Source: Eledone cirrhosa (taxonomy: Eukaryota). From it: DNA of 64,000 bases. The translations under genes and the position numbers were made by a program. Under the pieces are notes generated by a model. It saw only the letters and a program-made list of their open reading frames with translations. It was not told the DNA's origin and ran no database searches. The first letter of the stretch is position 1. The number at the start of each line of letters is the position of its first letter. Positions 58,630-64,000 of this stretch are shown one piece after another. Location: positions 25,792,001 to 25,856,000 of the forward strand of contig OZ024750.1 of assembly GCA_964016885.1 (NCBI GenBank), written 5' to 3'.

Positions 58630-59105
58630 TCTTCATCCTCAGTGTATACTGATTAATGTTCAGAGCGATCCTTAGCATTCTCGTGTAGCGCACATCCACT
58701 ATCTGAGTAAGTTTCTTGGTCAGTGCCCCAGTCTCAGACCCATACAGTAGCACAGACGCCACTACAGCAACGAAGAGACGGATCTTCAGGTCTTTACGAA
58801 GGTCCGACTTCCACACCGAGCTCAAACTGTGGCACGCCGCCCAGGCTTTGCTATTCCACTCTACCACATCACCTTCTGTATTCCCAATTTGCTCCCAGAT
58901 ACAGGACGTCTTCAACCAATTCTAGCGGCTCCCCCCCCCCTACATTAGTAATCTTCTCTGGCTTCTTAATATTCTCTACCATATACTTCATCTTAATCTC
59001 ATTCATTCAAAGCCCCATACTCATCGACACAGTCTCCACCGCCTGCATCAAATCCTATGCCTCCTTCACTGTGTTTTTCACCGGAACTATGTCATCGACA
59101 AATTA
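58630..59105 (-). mobile_element. Degraded RTE-like LINE fragment
   Basis: KAWAACHSLSSVWKSDLRKDLKIRLFVAVVASVLLYGSET..LTKKL...D..YTRMLR. Confidence 0.8.
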
Positions 59106-59634
59106 GTTATGTAGATTTCTAGCCAGTATAGAGAAGGTTAATGTGCTCAATGCATATAAGTTGTTAGACTAGCGAACCATGCGATTAAATGTAATGAGAG
59201 ATAGCTTAACAATCGTATAATAAGCAGAGGAAAAACCGTTTTTAAAATGCTGGAGAGAATAACAAAGATTTATGAATACATGTATATATATTTAATGGCT
59301 GACAAGTATGGCAGCGAAAAAAATTTATAACAGCCATTTTGTGTGGCTGCTATAACGTCCTTTCACTTCCAACCTTTTAATATCAATATTCCACATTTAA
59401 AGAAGGTTTTTCACTTCGCTGATATAATTTAATTCATGAATTAATATGTTATGAAGAATTTTTTTTTGTAGGCTCTGATGATAATAGAAATTTTTATTGG
59501 AATAATATCGATTTATATTCGATATCCCAACATGTATGTCCATCCTTACTGTGCAATATTTGAAAAACCTTGTCAGCCATTAAATATATACATATATTTA
59601 TAAATCTTTGTTATTCTCTCCAGCATTGTCAATG

Positions 59635-59793
<159 letters not shown>

Positions 59794-59859
59794 CATATAT
59801 ATTTCGTTTCTGAATTTGTTTAGCAAGTTTCTTTATCTGAATACGTTTGTTGAAACCGA

Positions 59860-60376
59860 TATTGTTATACTTTGGGAGGGTCATGTTGCCAATAAGAAAA
59901 ACACGCACCAGTTGCTTTCACTTTAATTTATTATAATAAATTTATAAATTTAGGAATTTATAAATTTCCGGTTGGTTGGTTGGTTCCACAACCAGGTGGT
60001 TGTTTATATATTGTCAAAATTCTTTCGTCACACATTCTGTAAATAAACAAATAAATAAACGAATATAAACACACACAGACACCCGGATGTGGCGCATCCG
60101 CAAACTGAGCACACAACACACACACAGAAACAAAATGGCGCAGGACAGAACAAAGGAGAGGCACAAAAACAAAGAAAAGAATCCCCAGTCACTGAAGAGG
60201 TCACATAATGTGTGACGAAAGAACTTTGACAATATATAAACAACCACCTGGTTGTGGAACCAACCAACCAACCGGAAATTTATAAATTCCTAAATTTATA
60301 AATTTATTATAATAAATTGAAGTGAAAGCAGCTGGTGCGTGTGTTTCTTATTGGCAACATGACCCTCCCAAAGTAT

Positions 60377-60385
<9 letters not shown>
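59860..60385. mobile_element. Fold-back element with ~180-bp arms and hammerhead at 60188-60230 (+)
   Basis: GTCA-CTGAAGA-gGTCACA..TGTGAC-GAAA-GAAC-TT-TGAC; the left arm stops inside stem II. Confidence 0.75.
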
Positions 60386-60473
<88 letters not shown>

Positions 60474-60626
60474 TATAAAGTTACAATATCGTGAGAGAGG
60501 ATAGAGAGATGAGGTAAAAGAGAAACGATACAGAGGATTATTTGCCAAAATGTGCTCGATGCTTATGTAAACAGGTTTAAACATTAGAGGCGTTAATATT
60601 TAGTGTACGAAGTTAAGCAGAGCAAT

Positions 60627-61695
60627 TATAATCGAAATAATTGATGAAAGAGAAGCAAGCCGTTAAAACACATTTATAAAAATCTCTTACATATGTTTCG
60701 CCCAATGGGGCTAGTCTGAGGCGGTTAAATAGGCAAAGAAATCAATAATTGTTTCTACTTTAGGCACAAGGCCAGCAAATACACCAGTGCATTACTGGTA
60801 CTTTATTTTATCGACCCCGTAAGGATGAAAGGCAAAGAACTTAATAATGAACCCTGTAAGGTTACGAGCAAAATTTTAATATCGAAATCCATTACTTCGT
60901 GTTACAAAATGGAGTCAAGATCTTTGTTACTAAGGGAAGTATTTCCGGTGCAAGCTAAAGTTATCTCTTTGATCAATGACCGCTATTAACAAATTATATT
61001 TCTTGTTATAAGGTGTTAATTTAATTATGGTTTGTCAATTTAATGAGGCACTGTTTTAGTATCAATTATGAGTAAGGTAATTAAAGACTTTACACTAGTT
61101 TAGTTAGTACATAGCTGCAATATCAATGTAGGCTTAAGAGTCTAGAAATGTAAAGACATATAAGATGGATTCAGTATAATTATATGATCATATGTCTACA
61201 GTGTTTAAAGGGTATAATCAGCAGTTCTGTAATATTACCCAAAGTTTAGTCTATCAGTGTTGGAGAATACAAAAGGGTAATCTCGTCTGAAAATATGCAG
61301 TGCGGCTCCCTGGAGGGACGACGGGGGTTGGATGATGGTATTGTTCAAAGATGTTCAATTTTGAGCCTACCATTTTAGGTCGAGCCAGGGCACAGAGTTG
61401 GAGGACCCGGGTGTTATGGTTTTTGAGTATTAGCCGGGATCCATCTATAGAAGGACTGTTGTAGTCTATGGCCACAATTGATGACAGTTTCGGCTCGACT
61501 ATTAATGAGGTGCTTGTAACACGAAGTAATGCATTTCGATGTTAAAATTTTGCTTGTACCCTTACAGGGTTCATTATTAATTTCTTTGCCTATTTAACCG
61601 CTTCAGACGAGCCTCATTGCGCGAAACATATGTAAGAGATTTTTATAAATCTGTTTTAACCGGTTGCTACTCTTTCATCAATGTTTTCGATTATA
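60627..61695. mobile_element. Older element with ~180-bp inverted arms, degenerate hammerhead, and a SINE fragment inserted in the left arm
   Basis: 60627-60907 (minus the SINE at about 60745-60836) vs 61514-61695; CAGACGA...GAAACATATGTA. Confidence 0.7.
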
Positions 61696-61719
61696 TAAAT
61701 ATATATGTATATATATACA

Positions 61720-61814
<95 letters not shown>

Positions 61815-61830
61815 GTGTGTGTGTGTGTAT

Positions 61831-61862
<32 letters not shown>

Positions 61863-61864
61863 TG

Positions 61865-61935
<71 letters not shown>

Positions 61936-61971
61936 TGGGGTGTATATATATATGTGTATATATATATATGC

Positions 61972-62025
<54 letters not shown>

Positions 62026-62039
62026 ATGTGTGTATATCA

Positions 62040-62700
62040 CCTAAATAATCACCAAAGTAAACATACAGAAAATATAAATAAACTGAAACAATTGTATACA
62101 ACTTTGTCAATGCTGATGAAACCAATAACGTATACAACATGGATAAAATAGAACCACCGAAATAATAAACAGGGAGTTAAGTAAGATATATAAAAAGAGA
62201 CTTTAAAGTGAAGTCTGGATAGGGCAATGGAAGAGATAAATTAGATAGTAACTAAACGCAATGTAGAAATTGGATTAAACACTATCAACCGATAGAAACG
62301 CAGATAATACTGAAGGATCACAAACCGAATTACAACATTGACGTCAGAGTCAGACATATTGTGTAATTCAGGTCGGTCATTGAAGTAATAAGCAACATTC
62401 TAATTAGTGTCTTCGCCAATGAAGACACTAAGGACGGCAAAAGATTGTTCTTACAGTTTCTATATTACCATGAGAACCAGTGACTCAGAGCAGGTGACCG
62501 ATCACGTGAGGTATGTGAAGAAGTGTTTTCTGGGTTTCAGCAGAGGATTATATCACGATGATGCCCTATGTATCTCACTCAAACATAAAAAGACCGATTA
62601 GAGCGGATGAAGATGTAAATATCTTAAGTTTTCAAGAACATAAAACAAGAAGTCGCAATCTACAGTAAACATTAAAAATCTGATCCATCAATTCTTCGAC
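62040..62700 (+). pseudogene. Decayed Penelope-like reverse transcriptase fragment
   Basis: SFYITMRTSDSEQVTDHV...GLYHDDAL parallels the PLE RT motifs FDVTMGSxDGAEVCDLVG...GLYRDDGL; upstream [14 protein letters not shown]. Confidence 0.6.
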
Positions 62701-62703
62701 ATT

Positions 62704-62736
<33 letters not shown>

Positions 62737-62742
<6 letters not shown>

Positions 62743-63653
62743 CAAATAACGAAACGAAATTAAATTTCGTTTCATTTGTAACTCACTTTTGTATGACTGA
62801 CGCTTAAACAATTAAGTTAAAGATGTACATCCATATATGTATACTGAAATACTAGTATGTATATGAATACACACACGTATACATATGTAGATGTACCAAG
62901 TTTTTTCACTGGTCACTTTACTGTGAGTGGCCAGCTATTCTGTATGTAAACACACAGACAAACCGGTTTTTAGAGTCATACTGGTTTTTGAGGAAACACC
63001 TTTCCTCTATTCTCCAGAAAGCCAGACAAGGAATATTGAACTAGTTTCGTTGTTGTTACAACTCATCAGCAATATTTACCTATCTTCCGGCCTCTCTAGA
63101 GAATCGTAAAAGCACATATCGTTATATGCTTTTTCTATGAAAATTAGTAGTGGGCATACTAATTTGCATAGAGTGTGAGTAAGTACCGGTTCAACGGAGA
63201 CGATAAAAACAAATAACGAAACGAAATTAAATTTAATTTCGTTTCGTTATTTGTTTTTATCGTCTCCGTTGAACCGGTACTTACTCACACTCTATGCAAA
63301 TTAGTATGCCCACAACTAATTTTCATAGAAAAAGCATATAACGATATGTGCTTTTACGATTCTCTAGAGAGGCCGGAAGATAGGTAAATATTGCTGATGA
63401 GTTGTAACAACAACGAAACTAGTTCAATATTCCTTGTCTGGCTTTCTGGAGAATAGAGGAAAGGTGTTTCCTCAAAAACCAGTATGACTCTAAAAACCGG
63501 TTTGTCTGTGTGTTTACATACAGAATAGCTGGCCACTCACAGTAAAGTGACCAGTGAAAAAACTTGGTACATCTACATATGTATACGTGTGTGTATTCAT
63601 ATACATACTAGTATTTCAGTATACATATATGGATGTACATCTTTAACTTAATT
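62737..63653. mobile_element. Young retrozyme-like element: 844-bp near-perfect palindrome built from a ~467-nt monomer
   Basis: Arms 62810-63231 and 63232-63653; direct repeat at 62741 and 63208; (TA)n flanks. Confidence 0.9.
63387..63431 (+). ncRNA. Minimal type I hammerhead ribozyme (mirror at 63032-63076, -)
   Basis: AATATTG-CTGATGA-GTTGT aaca ACAAC-GAAA-CTAG-TT-CAATATT: 7-bp stem I, 5-bp stem II, palindromic ACTAGT stem III, GUU triplet. Confidence 0.85.
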
Positions 63654-63699
63654 ATATATATAAACATATATATATATATATGTTTCCTGATGCATGTTA

Positions 63700-63762
<63 letters not shown>

Positions 63763-63763
63763 T

Positions 63764-63893
<130 letters not shown>

Positions 63894-64000
63894 AAGAAAA
63901 AGAGATGAAATCGAAAATGCAACTGGAGTCTTATTTTTTTTTAAAATATATATATTTATTTGGTTCCTTTACCGGTTTCGCAGTTCTTCTGCTTTTCAAA

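Noticed and set aside
62810-63653. Palindromes as MITEs or as pure assembly artefacts
   Set aside because: Arms are asymmetric with tails, turning points vary, older copies have diverged arms and one has a SINE in a single arm; an artefact cannot be fully excluded for the most perfect case without reads

Overview
AT-rich, microsatellite-saturated animal genomic DNA. A cephalopod such as Octopus is my inference from the SINE type and repeat landscape. Almost all ORFs in the supplied track are microsatellite artefacts. The only supportable host gene is the 5' part of a secreted or membrane multi-EGF protein (+ strand: signal-peptide exon at 53735, EGF exons at about 57.1-57.4 kb). The rest is tRNA-derived SINEs (including tandem arrays), R4-, RTE-, Tx1- and CRE-like LINE fragments, a Helitron, hAT MITEs and minisatellites. 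The striking signal is about a dozen fold-back (palindromic) non-coding elements, mostly inserted into (TA)n tracts. They belong to several sequence-unrelated families, and most carry type I hammerhead ribozyme folds in mirror image on both strands. Three are circularly permuted monomers of about 430-470 nt (retrozyme-like), two of which carry an octamer motif. A decayed Penelope-like RT lies next to the youngest one. All ribozyme calls are hand-folded and untested; coordinates are hand-counted.
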